Shown piece after piece: positions 42,759 to 58,440 of a stretch of 64,000 bases of DNA (position 1 is its first letter; each line of letters starts with the position of its first letter). The notes beneath the pieces were generated by a model. The model made no database searches, was not told the origin of the DNA, and was given only the letters and a program-made list of their open reading frames with translations. The stretch is from Eledone cirrhosa (lineage: Eukaryota), in NCBI GenBank assembly GCA_964016885.1, contig OZ024740.1, positions 185,938,001 through 186,002,000 of the forward strand, given 5' to 3'. The position numbers and the translations under genes are program-made.

Positions 42759-43756
42759 CATCAGGTATTCGAAATATAATACGTGAATGTAATAGATAAA
42801 ATCCATGGAGCTGAAAATCGAGGACCCGAGGGCGACCGCTATTCTGGTCCTTCAACCTCAGCCGGTCGCCCTGGAGTGACGTGCCTAAAGTTTATAGTAT
42901 TCTACTACCGGTCAGATAAACGAAAACAGAAAGGGATGGGAACATAAGTTAAAGTCGATCTCATGACACAAGGTAAAAGAAAGAAAGAAAGGAAGGAGAG
43001 AGAAGAAGGGGGAAGAAAGTAGAAGAGAAGCCAGGGTTAATGTCAGCTAAAAGAAGAAAGGCAACTACTAACGGTCAGATATAGGCAAGCAAGAGGGGGA
43101 AGGAAGATAAGTCTGCGGGAGGAAGACAGGAAGAGGGGAGAAGACAAGGAAGAGAAGAGAGAAGTAGAAAAGTAAGGGTTGATGGCTACAAGAAGGAAGA
43201 TAGAAAGAAAGAGGAAGAAAGGTCGATATTAATATCAGACCACGTCAAGCCAGGAGTGGCGCGAGAAAATGTTCACAGGGACCCGCATCTTAGCAGAGAT
43301 GAATATATTGGGAGTCAGTGTGTTAAAGTGTTTAGACTTCTAGGATGAAGTTAAAAAAATTAATAGTCAATATTCAATATTAAAGAGGTTAGAAAATATA
43401 AAGTTCAACAGTTTAACATTTTATTATATAATAGTTCCGATTTGTTCTGTAATTTAAAGGTACTATGTGGCGGTTTAAACACCGGCCGCGCCCCGGGCCC
43501 CATGGCGAATTAAGCTACGCCGAGTATTTTCATTTACCGAAAGAAGGGGAAATTTATTTTTCGGTAACTTCGTTAACTTATGTTCCCATCCCTTTCTGTT
43601 TTCGTTTATCTGACCGGTAGTAGCATACTATAAACTTTAGCCACGTCACTCCAGGGCGACCGGCTGAGGTTGAAGGAACAGAATAGCGGTCGCCCTCGGG
43701 TCCTCGATTTTCAGCCCCATGGATTTTATCTATTACATTCACGTATTATATTTCGA

Positions 43757-43814
43757 ATACCTGATGATATCACCGGATTCATACGGAACCCGGTCATTGA
43801 AATGATCATAGTAT
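43757..43814 (+). ncRNA. Type I hammerhead
   Basis: atac-CTGATGA-tatcaccgg..ccggtcatt-GAAA-tgatca-TA-gtat followed by aataaa. Confidence 0.8.
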
Positions 43815-44210
43815 AATAAACCTTTCAAGGATTTACACAAATCCAGCCTCCTGTCATTTCATTATAATATTTAACTCCGTAATAGCACCACCAACTACAA
43901 AAACAAAGACGGTTGAACTGCTTTACGTTGAGTACTCTCTATATTATTGCATTACGATTGACCATACGGAATAGACCAGCTCTATACAGTGGTGAACCTC
44001 AAACCTGAATAAATATATATATACATATATATACATACACATATATACACACCTACATGTACGTATGTCTCTCTCGTGTAAACTATACTATACATACACA
44101 TTCATATGCACACACATACATACACATACATACACACACAAACACATACATTCACACATATATACATATGTACACATACACCATACACACACACATACAT
44201 ATAAAATCTC

Positions 44211-44241
<31 letters not shown>

Positions 44242-44284
44242 TATATATATATATATACCCATACACACATATATATATATATGC

Positions 44285-44318
<34 letters not shown>

Positions 44319-44686
44319 ATACATATATACATATATATACATATATACATACACACACATACACATTTACAAGCAAACACGCATACATACACATACATAC
44401 ATACAAATAAGTATACATAAACGCATATGCACAAACACGCACTCGTTCGCACTCATACATGAGTCCATAGTATAAAGGTAGTGGGACAAATTTTAATTTT
44501 AAATTTTAAATTTTTAATTTTAAACTGGGCCTGATAGAGGATAAAATAATTAATGTCACTATTAAGTTATTAATATTATCATCAAGTAATTAATTACTAT
44601 TTATTATTTATTACTTACTATTTACCATTCACTATTCGTTACCTATCTGTTATCCCTTATCTATTCATTACCTAATCATTCACTCA

Positions 44687-45585
44687 TCTATATATATAAA
44701 ACTGTGGTTGTCTGTCTGTCTATCGGTTTTTGGCACACATCTCCTCTTAGAATCTCTGACGGAATTGCACCGAAATTGCTATACTTGTACATTGAGCCCT
44801 AGCGAAGACATCGGAAAAAAAATATTTCAAATTGACCCACCCTATGTGACGAAATCGAATATAATGTATCGATTTTTGAGCGTAAGTTATCAGTTATTTC
44901 CCTTTGTTCTGTTTACATTGAGCGTCTTACGTAAAAAATTACGCTGGCGTTCTCAGCGTTTAAAATGACATTAACACAATACACGAACAGACAGTTGTCG
45001 AGCCAGCAAAATATTGACCTGCAAAATTCATCAGTTCGAACACTAAGCTTCCGTTTTGCTTCATTTCCATTTAAAAGCATTTTAAAACAATATTTTTACT
45101 TGAAAACAAGTCTATTTAAAGACTACGTAAAACAAGCAAATATTTCGTCGTTAGGCGTGCAGACAGACAGTCGTGCAGAGAGGTGATATACGCGTGCAGA
45201 CAGACAGTCGTGCAGAGAGGTGATATAGGCGTGCAGACAGACAGTCGTGCAGAGAGGTGATATAGGCGTGCAGACAGACATAACTGATAATTTGGTTACG
45301 CTAATGTTTTTCTCTGCGTTGCAGTGTTTACATTTTCGATCTTTGTTAATAAATAACCAGTGCAGTTTCTATCCCCAGCATCCTCTTTTGTTATAACATT
45401 CGGGTTATCGTTATGTTTTCTTAACTTCATAAGGCATATTGTTGGTTGAGGGAATATTAATAAAAAAAACAACATGCAAGTCTGCACAGTAGACACTACA
45501 GTTTTTAAGCCAAGAAAGAAACGTAACATTGTAACTTTAACACAGCTACTGAGCGACCCCGAGCAACGCCGGGCTTTACTGCTAG
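44687..45585 (+). mobile_element. Complete non-autonomous Helitron
   Basis: A|TC start, (GTCT)n near the 5' end, hairpin cccgagcaacgccggg (45558-45573), CTAG|T end, no TSD. Confidence 0.85.
45154..45280. repeat. 37-bp minisatellite, ~3.4 copies, inside the Helitron
   Basis: ggcgtgcagacagacagtcgtgcagagaggtgatata starts at 45154, 45191, 45228, 45265. Confidence 0.92.
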
Positions 45586-45925
45586 TAAAATAATAAATAA
45601 ATGAATGAGTTAACTAACAAACAAAGAAACAAACAAACAGATAAACAAATAAACCAGTAAATAAGTAAATAAATAAACAAATAAATAAATGAATAAATGG
45701 ATAAATAAATAAATAAGTAGATAAAGTAACTAAATAAATAAATAAATACATAAATAAATATACAGTTAAATAGATAAATAAATCATGAACGTGTGCGTGC
45801 AGCAGTTCATAACTGCGCGTATGCAAACATGAGCAGGTATATACGTGAATTTGTGTGTGCGGCCACGGAACTTAACTCAGAGGCATACAACACAATATAT
45901 AAGACCTGGAGGGGAGGAAAGAAGG

Positions 45926-47730
45926 TTATAATGAGAGATAGAGGGGAGGAAAGAGGGTAATAATGAGAGATGGAGGGACGGAGATGGGATGGGGGCGGGG
46001 GTGGGGGGTGGGGGTGATATGGGGGGTGTCGTCGGGGGGCCGTGGGGGTCTGTAGTTTTTGTAATTTGCATAGTTCTTGTGCATGCAATTAGGGGAGTGT
46101 TCCGAGATCTTGTTGTGGAGAGGGCCTTTGGCGAATAGAATCTCATAGCTCTCGGAGATACAGAGGTCACAGCAATTATGGCCTCCCGTGTATGATCGCG
46201 CTCTCTGGAGTAGTCTCAATTGGGTCTTGAAGGGGGTGGAGTTCCTTTTTAGGTGCCAGATGTGGGCGGCGAGTGTAGTTTGGTTAGATTTGTCTGGGCG
46301 CCGGAACGAATGTGTGTGGGCGTACCAGCGAGTCTTAAAACTATTAGAAGTCATCCCGATGTACGAGTTTCTTTTTTCATCGGGGCCTGAGAGTACATCG
46401 CATATATACACGAGATCTTTTTTTAGACAGTTGTTGTTGAGAGGGCAGGTCGTCTTATCAGGGCAATTGCAGTTGCTATCGGTTGCTGGATGGGCTTCGG
46501 AAAAGTAGACTTATTTAGCTTCTTGATGTTGTTGTTGGCTAAGTTTCTAGCTAGATTAGGTGTGGTAGAGTAAGAGAGTCTAATGGTATTCTTATTAAGG
46601 ATAGTATAGTACCTATGTTGGGTGGGGAAGTGTTTTTGTAAGAGGGTGAAGAACATTTTAGCTACAGGTGTTGAAACTTCTCGGTTGAAGGGGGGGGGGG
46701 GGGGGGTTGTACCAGCTAATGTGCCTTCGCCTATTCTTCCTGGGTGGGCGTGGGGCTATAGTAAGGTAGGTGATCTTATCTCTAAAGCCGCTGCGGGCCA
46801 GGGCCTCGTTGTAATAGGGGGCTGCTGCTCTAAAGATATCTTCATTGGCGGCGAGGCTAGATATCCTAATGGAGACACTTTTTACTAGGTTGTCTAATAT
46901 ATTTTTGGGGTGGTTAGAATTAACGTCTATATATCTAAGGGATTCATTAGGTTTGTGGTACGGATAGTAAAGGGAAGTTTCTAAGTCGAGGGTAACGTCT
47001 AGGAAGTTAGCTTTAGTTAAGTTCGAATCTAAGGTAATCCTAAGGCCTAAGTTTTTAAAGGTGTAAAGATTTTTCCTGGACCCATCCGTGGTCCTGGGGT
47101 TGATTTTGTGGAGGGCAAAGAGGCCGTCATCTCGGTAGAGACCGCCGGAGAGGCCTGTGAAGAGGGTCTTCAACCTGTGGAGGATGAACAGACCCACAAG
47201 GTCACTAATTTCAGCTGAGTCGCTAGCACCCATGCTAACGTCGAAGGGGGTCTCAGATTTGTTGTTGATCCAGTGGGATCTGTCATGGTAAAGAAAAGTC
47301 TTAGGTGCATGGAGGATCACTTCCTGCTCGGCTTCGGTAATAGTGGTTAAGTTCCTGGCGAAGTTAATCGCGTCAATCAGCAGGCTCTCTGATATGGAGG
47401 CGTAGTAATCCTCGATGTCTAGCTGCAGGAAGCGGGTGTTGCTTTTGTCGGGCAAGTCCTGGAACCATGTGATTGCCTCTGATGTCCTATTCCAGAGTGG
47501 GAGGGGTGAGGCAGCACGTAGTCTAGGTAGAATCCTGTCCAAGATCTTCTTACTGACGGATCCTGTGTCAGACTTGGTCGGGTTAATCAGCCGGACCGAC
47601 GGTATATTTTCGAAGTTGTTCTTGTGGTCTTTCAGGGTGAGGCGTGGGGACTTTACTTTCAGAGGTTCTGTCCGGTCTTCCAGTTTAAGGGAAGTGGCGA
47701 TCTTCTTTCCGGCTATGTTTGTTTCAGTCA
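45926..47730 (-). pseudogene. 5'-truncated Naiad-type PLE RT + GIY-YIG endonuclease, frameshifted
   Basis: [99 protein letters not shown]. Confidence 0.93.
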
Positions 47731-48440
<710 letters not shown>

Positions 48441-49376
48441 TTCCCATACCTTCTTCGCCCGATATGTAGATGACATACTCATCCCTACATCATCCCGTGA
48501 GGAGGCGGATAAAATATACACGACATTCTCCAGCATAGACGCCAGTATAAAGTTCTGCATGGAACACCCCGATGACCACGAATCCCTATCCCTACTGGAC
48601 TTCCCACTCAGGGTAACAGAGGAAGGCAACATCCACACCTGCTTCTATAAAAAAGCCGCCAGCAGGGACCTGTTCGTACATTTCAGATCAGCCCTCCGAG
48701 CCAGCACTATGTTCGGATACATAAGGAACGAACTAACACGTATCCGGAAAAAATGCACCGTCGCGAGAGACCGAGACACACGCACCACACATTTCCTGCA
48801 AGTACTAAAACTGAACGGACACCCGACATCCACCACGAACCGTGCCAGAAAGAACAGAGGACACCACACCCGAGGCACTAACACTTGTTTCCTGAAGCTC
48901 CTACACTTCAGTGACGAAACAACAACAGCCATCCGCAGAGCTATCAGACGTGAGGGTCTAGATATCCAACTAGCCCACTCAGGACCTCCTCTACTCGGAC
49001 AGCTAACCAAAAGACACTCCACCAGACCTGACAACCACTGCAGGCTAGCCAACACTGCCCCATCAACGACACAGACCTATGCCACCGGGCTTACGTCGTA
49101 TACAGATTAGAGTGCGACAAATGCAGCAACTTCTACGTAGATAACACCACCAGACCACTTCAGATAATAATAACAGAACACCTCATTAATAACGCTTCCT
49201 CATTTAAGAAACACCGAGTGAAATGCAAAAACACCGACAAAACCATAACAGTTAGGATAGAAACAAAGGAAAAAAACCTTGGCAATCTTAGAATTAAGGA
49301 AGCACTAATTATAGACAAAACAAAACCACCACTCAATAATAGACTAGAACTCAACACCCAATTTATAACTTTATAA
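48441..49376 (+). pseudogene. Penelope/Poseidon-type PLE RT C-half + GIY-YIG, frameshifted
   Basis: [28 protein letters not shown], then [24 protein letters not shown] and LRIKEALII..KPPLN. 3' tail continues to ~49960 and (TA)n. Confidence 0.88.
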
Positions 49377-49546
49377 AGCATCTAGCCCCATACTTACACA
49401 CCACTCCCCCACACACGCACACACACACACAGACGCTTACACCTCCACTTATTCTCTCTCACACAGACACATACACACACAAAGAACAGTTCTAACACGA
49501 TAGAGCATCTATCCCCCACATTTACGTATAGACATATCTTCTCACA

Positions 49547-49581
<35 letters not shown>

Positions 49582-49956
49582 TCTTACACCTTCACGTATT
49601 CTCCCACACACTTAAACATACATGTACAAAATCCCTTTTAAAGGGAGACAACTCTCTATCCACCTAACCTTAACTCTTTGACATTAGAGATAGAACAGAT
49701 ACTCTATACCATTTCCTGTCAGCATGACTTGGCAAGCTATTTAGAACACTGGTTTAAACGCTTTACTTCCCTACGAAGAAGAGATATTATCTCAAAAATT
49801 AAGGACATTTAAATAAATTTAAGATAAAAGACTACTTGTCAACAATATCTTTTTCATTTGCATTTATATTCTATGTCCATAACTGCATTGTTTTGGCTTT
49901 ACAAATACAAACGTTTATACCTCATTACACAATGCTTCAAGTAAACTATAAGTTTC

Positions 49957-50029
<73 letters not shown>

Positions 50030-50033
<4 letters not shown>

Positions 50034-50885
50034 ACTAGAAATTGATTAACATATAAATAAACATGAATAATCACAGGAGATCATTTTTACAAGTGTGTAA
50101 CCACACATAGCTAGGTAGGTAACTAATTAAAGTTGACCAGAACTTCAAGAATAGATACCTTATAATATAATTAATCTTCCCTGTATATATTCCATTAAAG
50201 AAATATATTTCACCAATTAATCGGATGGTAAACCACAGAAGTGGTGACTTGGATTTTCAACAAGGAAGAAGTTCCAGCGATCCGTGTTTACACTTCAAGT
50301 TCAAATCAGCGACTGGCCAGCAGCACGTGCTATATTTACTAGAAATACACACATCATACTAGCGTCGTCCCAGTGGCGTGAATAGGGTTATCGACAACTA
50401 GAAACAGCAGTCGAGTCCATTCAACAGACTTAGCTCTACAATTAAGGAGCCGTATTATATATCTATATCCAAAATTAAGATAAATCAAATGAATTTAATC
50501 TAAATCAAAATCATGGGTGTCATGCCAGAAAGACATGCGCCATATCACCCGGGGTTTATCATCCGATTAATTGGTGAAATATATTTCTTTAATGGAATAT
50601 ATACAGGGAAGATTAATCATATTATAAGGTATCTATTTTTGAAGTTCTGGTCAACTTTATTTAGTTACCTACCTCGCTATGTGTGGTTACACACTTGTAA
50701 AAATTATCTCCTGTGATTATTCATGTTTATTTATATGTTAATCAATTTCTAGTTATTATAAAATGCTCGGACCTACTCGTTAGAATCTTAGAGCTTATTT
50801 TGCGGGTGATATGGCGCATGTCTTTCTGGCATGACACCCATAATTTTGATTTAGATTAAATTCATTTGATTTATCTTAATTTTGT
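50030..50885. mobile_element. Compound inverted PLE-tail structure between TA tracts
   Basis: ~50031-50234 inverted vs ~50553-50757; ~50471-50550 inverted vs ~50803-50883. Confidence 0.8.
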
Positions 50886-50902
50886 ATGTATATATATATA
50901 TA

Positions 50903-50988
<86 letters not shown>

Positions 50989-51305
50989 CACGTATATACA
51001 TATACACACACATATACATATATATACATGTATGCAGGTACATATGAACGCACGTACACACAGCGATATGCATACAGACGAACGGCCACTCATACAAATA
51101 CATACAAACATGTACTCATAAATATACGCATACACACAGGCACATAAAAACAGCTCTACAAGCAGAAAATGCAAATAGGTAAGAGGTACATACATAACCA
51201 TAGTGCCGTGTTTCAGGTTGAGGAGGGGTACGAGTGGGGTGGGAAGGAGGTAGAGGGGTTATTTTGTCGGCTGGCGTTTAAAAAAAATAAAGGGCGAAGT
51301 CGTTT

Positions 51306-53443
51306 TTAGCCATCGGGCATTAACACTGGCTTAAGGTATTTGAAAGTTGCAAAGTGTTTATGTATGCAGTTCGGGCAGTATTCAGGGAGTTTGTTCAGTA
51401 GCGGGACCTTGGCGAATAAAATTTCGTAGCTCTCTGATATACAAAGGTGGCAGCCCTTGTGTCCTCCGTTATAAGAGCGCGCTTCCTGGCGTATTTTCCA
51501 TTTAAGCGTGAATAGGGTGGAGTTCCTTTTGAGGTCCCAAACATAGGAGGCGAGTGTTGTCTGATTTGATTTGTCCGGTCTTCTGAAGGAGTAGATATGG
51601 GCATACCACCGGGTCTTAAAGTTATTGGAAGTCATGCCGATGTAAGTCTTTTTGTTGTTACAATCATCGGTGTCTGAGATGACATCGCATTTGTATACGA
51701 TATCATTTGTCAGGCATTTGTTTTCAAGTGGGCAGGCTTCCTTATTTAGGCAATTACACAAGGCCCCAGTCCGGGGATTGGGTTCGGAGGTGGTTGGCTT
51801 ATTTAATTTTTTAGAATTGTGATTGGTTATATTAGTAGCTAGGTTAGGTGTAGTGGAGTAGGAGAGTCTTATTGTGTTCTTATTAAAGATGGTGTATTAC
51901 CTATGTTGTATGGTGAAGTGTGTGTTCAGCAAAGTGAAGAAGATCCTAGCTATAGGTGTATAGACCTCTCTATTGAAGGGAGGGTTGTACCAGCTAATCT
52001 GCCTATGCCTATTCCTCCTGTGCAGACTCGCGGTGGTTTCTAGGTAGGTTATCCTTTCTTTAAATCCGCTGCGAGCGAGGGCGTCATTCTAGTAGGAGGC
52101 AGAATCGTTAAATATATCTTCATTGGCAGAGAGGCAACAAATTCTAATAGAGACGCTTTTTACTAAGTTATCAATAATGTTTTTGGGGTTGTTAGAATTA
52201 ACATTAATATATCTAAGGGACTCATTAAGTTTGTGGTACGGGTAATAGAAGGAAGTATCTAGGTCGAAAGTGACACCTAAAAAGTTGGCCCTAGTCATAT
52301 TAGATTCTATAGTTATACTAAATACTAGATAGATTACGGAAGAACGAGCTTAATTTTCTCCGAAGCCCATCGGTGGTTATGGGGTTAACCTTGTGCAGGG
52401 CGAAGAGGCCGTCATCTCGGTATAACCCTCCGGTTAGGCCAGTAAAGAGGTTCTTCAGGTGATGTAAATATACAAGCCCACAAGGTCGCTAATTTCAACC
52501 GAGTCCCTCGCTCCCATGCTGACGTCAAATGGGGTCTGAGACTTCTTGTTGAGCCAGTAAGATCCATCGTGGTATAGGAAGGTCTTACGAGCATGGAGGA
52601 TAACATCTTGCTCAGCATCGGTTATGGTGGTAACATTCCTGGCAAAGGTAATTGCGTCCTTCAAGAGGGGCTCCGAGATAGAAGCATAGTAGTTTTCTAT
52701 GTCGAGTTGCAGGTGGCGAGTCTGGCGTTGGTCGGGTAATTCTTGGAACCAAGATATTGCCTCAGATGTTCTGCTCCAGAGTGGGAGTGGTGAAGCAACC
52801 CGCAATGATGGTAGAACTCTATCAAGGATCTTCTTACTGATAGATAATAAGTTAATAAGTCTGACTGATGGTTTGTTAAGGAAGTTTCCCTTATGGTCCT
52901 TCAGGGTAAAGTGCGGGATCTTTACCCTTAAAGGTTCGGTTCGGTCATGTAATTCAAGGGACCTGGCGATTTCTTTTCCGGCCGCGTTTGTCTCAGTCAA
53001 TGCCATCTCTATTACCTTTTGTAGGTGGTCGTGATGGCATTTTTTGTCAGCTTATTGTAGGTCTGTGGGTCTACCTCATAAACGTTTTTGGTTTTATCGG
53101 AGGAGACATGAAGATTAGAGGATTTTTTTATATTTCGCAATTCAGTATTTAAGTAAGCCTGGAATGGTGTGGTGGCTCTACGGAATTTGATATCTTTGAT
53201 CATCTTGAAGATGTCTTCTTCAAATCGTTCAAGTAAGCTGTTGGTGGGTGGTGCCTTATTCGTTTTAAAGCCGAACTTCTCATCATTGGTAGATGCTACA
53301 TCAGAGTTGTCGAGGAAGAAGGCTCTCCATCTAATTCGCTTGATGAACTCGTCGGTACGTCTGATGAGTGTTTTTAGGTAAAGTTTCATTGGAGGGATGG
53401 GGATGTTCTTCAGGGAGACATCAAGGTCGAGTTTGGTCAGCAT
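51306..53443 (-). pseudogene. Full-length Naiad-type PLE ORF (RT + GIY-YIG), frameshifted
   Basis: [90 protein letters not shown]. Confidence 0.93.
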
Positions 53444-53615
53444 AATTTCTTGGTGATGGTTATAAGGTGCACAAAGAGTGTGTATATATATATTTTTTTT
53501 TTGAGTAAATAAATTAAAGAAATTATTTAGCCTGATAGTGGTGTTAAGAAGCCTCGGAGAAATGGAAAAAAGATGAGTATTTACGTACATGCACGAATTT
53601 CTTTAATTTTATTAG

Positions 53616-53739
<124 letters not shown>

Positions 53740-53742
53740 ATG

Positions 53743-53828
<86 letters not shown>

Positions 53829-54053
53829 TGTCTGTTGAGACCTGGAATATAGTTTCAGAGAAACATGACAATAATGATATGACAGGCACCCAATATTTTG
53901 AACTGGTTTATAGAATTCTCTCGGCCTTTGTCACTCTAAGTAGAGCTTTAAAGAATTAGCTTTTAAAGAATTTCCCTTTATTTAAATCCATCAACCATGA
54001 CTCACCCCAACGATCTTATAGACACCTGAAATATAGGCATTATTTGCTTAAGA

Positions 54054-54233
54054 TAATGATTGGCAGTATCGGTAGAGGGTCGGACGCCATGATTTCCAGT
54101 ATAGTTACGTCCTTTTACGATCTGAGTTCAAATCCTGCCGAGGTTGACTTTGCTTTCATCCTTACGGGGTCGATAAAATAAAGTACCATTAATGCACTGG
54201 ATAATTTCAGGCCTTGTGCCTAAAGTAGAAACA
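54054..54233 (+). mobile_element. SINE with 15-bp TSD
   Basis: attatttgcttaaga at 54039-54053 and 54234-54248; absent from the 38.7-kb paralogue. Confidence 0.88.
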
Positions 54234-54459
54234 ATTATTTGCTTAAGAGAAACTTAAAAATATGGAGTGCCACGACAACTTGAACTTGTTTATAGAATTC
54301 TGTCTGCCTTTGTCACTCTCAATATAAAGTATCGCCTTAAAGAATTAGCTTTTAATGAATTCCCCTTTCTTTCAACCAATGACCTCCACCCATCCCACTC
54401 CCCACCCTCTTCTGCCACCTGAGAAGATATAAATACCACAACATTTAATTTGGAAAGCA

Positions 54460-54510
54460 AGATTCCTGATGATTTCTAAAGAATGAAACAGTTCTAGTCC
54501 TGTAGAATCT
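54460..54510 (+). ncRNA. Type I hammerhead (complete)
   Basis: agattc-CTGATGA-tttc taaa gaat-GAAACAG-ttctagtc-CTGTA-gaatct; predicted cleavage after 54504. Confidence 0.88.
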
Positions 54511-54914
54511 CATCTATATTAAAACCTTTTACTCTGCTATGTATTGAGTACCGTACTTACTGTGGTTACCTCCGATTCAACCCGGAATATATATATATAT
54601 ATAACAATTATCAACAAACAAAGTTCCTGCAAACTATCAATGTCTTCATTGCAACATTTCAGCTAGGTCAAATGCTGAGCTAAAGAGTTATTCAGGAGAT
54701 CATATCATGACTTAAAACTTGTGAAACTTGACATCCAGCGTCTGTAACCGTGTTTCTAAAAGCGCCACCAGGCTGACGTTAAATATAGGTGCTCAGGAAG
54801 TGGAATGTTGAGATATCTTTTTTGCTGAAATGCACGAACTGGGTGTTGCCTGGGAACTGCCTTTGTTTTATCTTCTGTTGAACACTCACATATCGTTGTC
54901 AGCGAGAGACTCCA

Positions 54915-55811
<897 letters not shown>

Positions 55812-55826
55812 GTGTATTTCTCTCTC

Positions 55827-55899
<73 letters not shown>

Positions 55900-57341
55900 C
55901 ACATTGCATCCGTACAAACGGATTTATTGATCTTGCAAATTGAACGAGATGTATGGAGATAAATACTATATTAAAACTGATATGTATCATATAACATATC
56001 TACTGCTATAAATGAAAATATACATTCCCCGCACACTCAGACGCGCACTTATATATACCCACCTAATATCACTTGCTTAAAACGTTTCATGTTGTGTTTC
56101 TTGAAATAGTCAGTAATCAGTAAATATATTATTATACAGTTTCGTATAGTCGAGTGAACAATATAAGGGTGGCTGTTAAAGCTAGAGGGAATTTCTCTTC
56201 CAGATGAAAGGTAATAAATGATCATAATTATCAAGTTACAGTGAAAGAAATGCAATTATTGAGAAATACAAAAGCTCTGAAATTATTAGCAACAGAGAAA
56301 GGTGTACCACGTAAAGGATCAAAGCCTCCTTAATACAGTTTTTGAGATGCACTCTCCAGTTCTTTCAATGACGATAAATATCGTTTATGAAATTTATAGT
56401 CGTTCATGAATGTTGTGTATGTATATACAATATATTCAATCTCTGACGCAATGTTAATAGTGTTTATATACCGAGTAGATGGGCAGTAGACGCCTGCATA
56501 ATCTAACAAACTTGAAAATCATAGGAGTGAACAAATATGTTAGAATGTATATCCAATTATGTGCAAACAAGAAATTCATTGTCAAATAAGCAGAATCAAG
56601 AAAAGAAGAGAAATAAAAGAAAACGTACATTATAATCTTATTTATTGTGCTAACAGAATAGAAGCTGAAAATGGAGGAGTGAAGCCGGAATCCAACACCT
56701 ACAGCATGGTGTAGTTAGAGCAAATCATCAGTACAAACCCTGTTGGAAAGATTGACGCTAGCAAAGTAATTAATGTTGAATATGTTACAAAACAAATATA
56801 AAATGATAACACAAAATATAAAGAAGAACGGTCGACATTATAAAGGAATTATCTATTACGTATATAGTATCCAGGATGATTTATTATAAATGATTTTCGG
56901 TTAATTCTAGCCTCAGTGTTGGATACGATTATAATTTAGAAGGAAACCCACACACAAGATTATGGTTATGTTTGGAACATAAAACAATGCCAGATTAAAT
57001 AAGATATGTTGCCAAAACCAGAGACATTGAGAGTAAACAGAGGCTACTGTCTGAGAAACTTAGCACAGGGAAGAGTTTGGAATTACATGGTTAAATCTGG
57101 AAGAGCAACGAAGGAGGTAAAGGTAGGATCTTCATGAAATCGATTGACACAGGTGATTTTAAGAAACAGAAAGTTTATTAATAACTGCTCATGATCAAGC
57201 ACTAAACACAAATGCGATAAAAAATATGCACAGCACTAAAGAAAGAAATAAATGCAAATTATGTGGATATTTGTGGGAAGAAGGTGGAAAGTGTGACGTA
57301 TATCGTGAGTTCCTGTTACATGATAGGGCAGGGGGAATACA

Positions 57342-57438
<97 letters not shown>

Positions 57439-57472
57439 CGATTTAAATGGATACAGTTCAATTAAAAGGAAT

Positions 57473-57593
57473 TTATTGAGACGTGTTTCAATAACAGTTA
57501 CATAACCTGAAAACAGCTGCTATCTACAAAGTATTAGTTATGCAGACATTCAATATTTCAATGTTATTATCAACTGTCATTTCATCAGAATAA
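57473..57593 (-). ncRNA. Type I hammerhead with ~90-nt stem II
   Basis: ttatt-CTGATGA-aatgacagtt...aactgttatt-GAAAC-acgt-CTC-aataa. Confidence 0.8.
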
Positions 57594-58098
57594 TTTTATT
57601 GAGAGCCTGTTTGGTTTTTATAGAGAATATTAGGAGGGAGTTGTTAGAAGAATAGTTAAGGGAGTGGTATTTTGATAGCAGTGAGTAATTAGATTCCCAT
57701 CTGTTGTTTTGACATTTTTATAGAATATATTGTTTGGCGTTGGTTATTTTTCTAAATCTATAGAAGGATTAGAGATAGTATAGATATGCATGGTTGGTTT
57801 TGTGTTTGCACTTAATTAACATTCAGACTTAAATTTTTCTTTCAAGTGTACGTATCCTTTCGCCCACGCATTCACACACATACATATATGCACACCTCTA
57901 CAAAATACATATACTCACATACACATACTTACATGCTCATACTTACATACATATATACATGCACACATATATACATATACATATATATACATATATATAT
58001 GTACATACATACGCATTCATGTGTATACATTTTCATACTCAACTTATCTTTATATGCACACGTATAGACACACACATATATACATACATACTCCTGTC

Positions 58099-58165
<67 letters not shown>

Positions 58166-58440
58166 ACTTTAATACATGAATACGCATACATCTAACTATA
58201 CACATCAAACATATATATATATTTACTTATTTATATACATTTTCACATATATATACATACATATGGTCGCTTTTAGACACATTCATTATAGCATATTCGC
58301 ACCTATTCTCATCAGCATATCTATCCATTATTAGTGTGGTAATTTAAGGTTATTAATATACATATATATGTTGAGAAGAGATTGTTTTTGTATTTTTCTA
58401 ACTATATTGAGGTTTATATAGTTGGGGGGATGTCCCTCTT

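Larger units (their letters stand above)
42442..44010. mobile_element. ORF-less inverted tail-out PLE element; left arm interrupted by a SINE
   Basis: ~42442-42952 (minus the SINE) is inverted relative to ~43572-43869; TA tracts at both ends. Confidence 0.85.
53878..54590 (+). mobile_element. ORF-less PLE-tail element with TATA-like box (54428-54435) and HHR, ending in (TA)n
   Basis: Homologous to 38725-39178; its 3' part is homologous to 41594-41760. Confidence 0.8.

Noticed and set aside
45154-45280. 37-bp repeats as a CRISPR array
   Set aside because: Head-to-tail units with no unique spacers, in a eukaryotic Helitron context.
49768-49804. HHR-like ACGAAGA-agagat att atctc-AAAA in the Poseidon-type tail
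   Set aside because: Both core boxes are mutated; the position is suggestive but evidence is insufficient.
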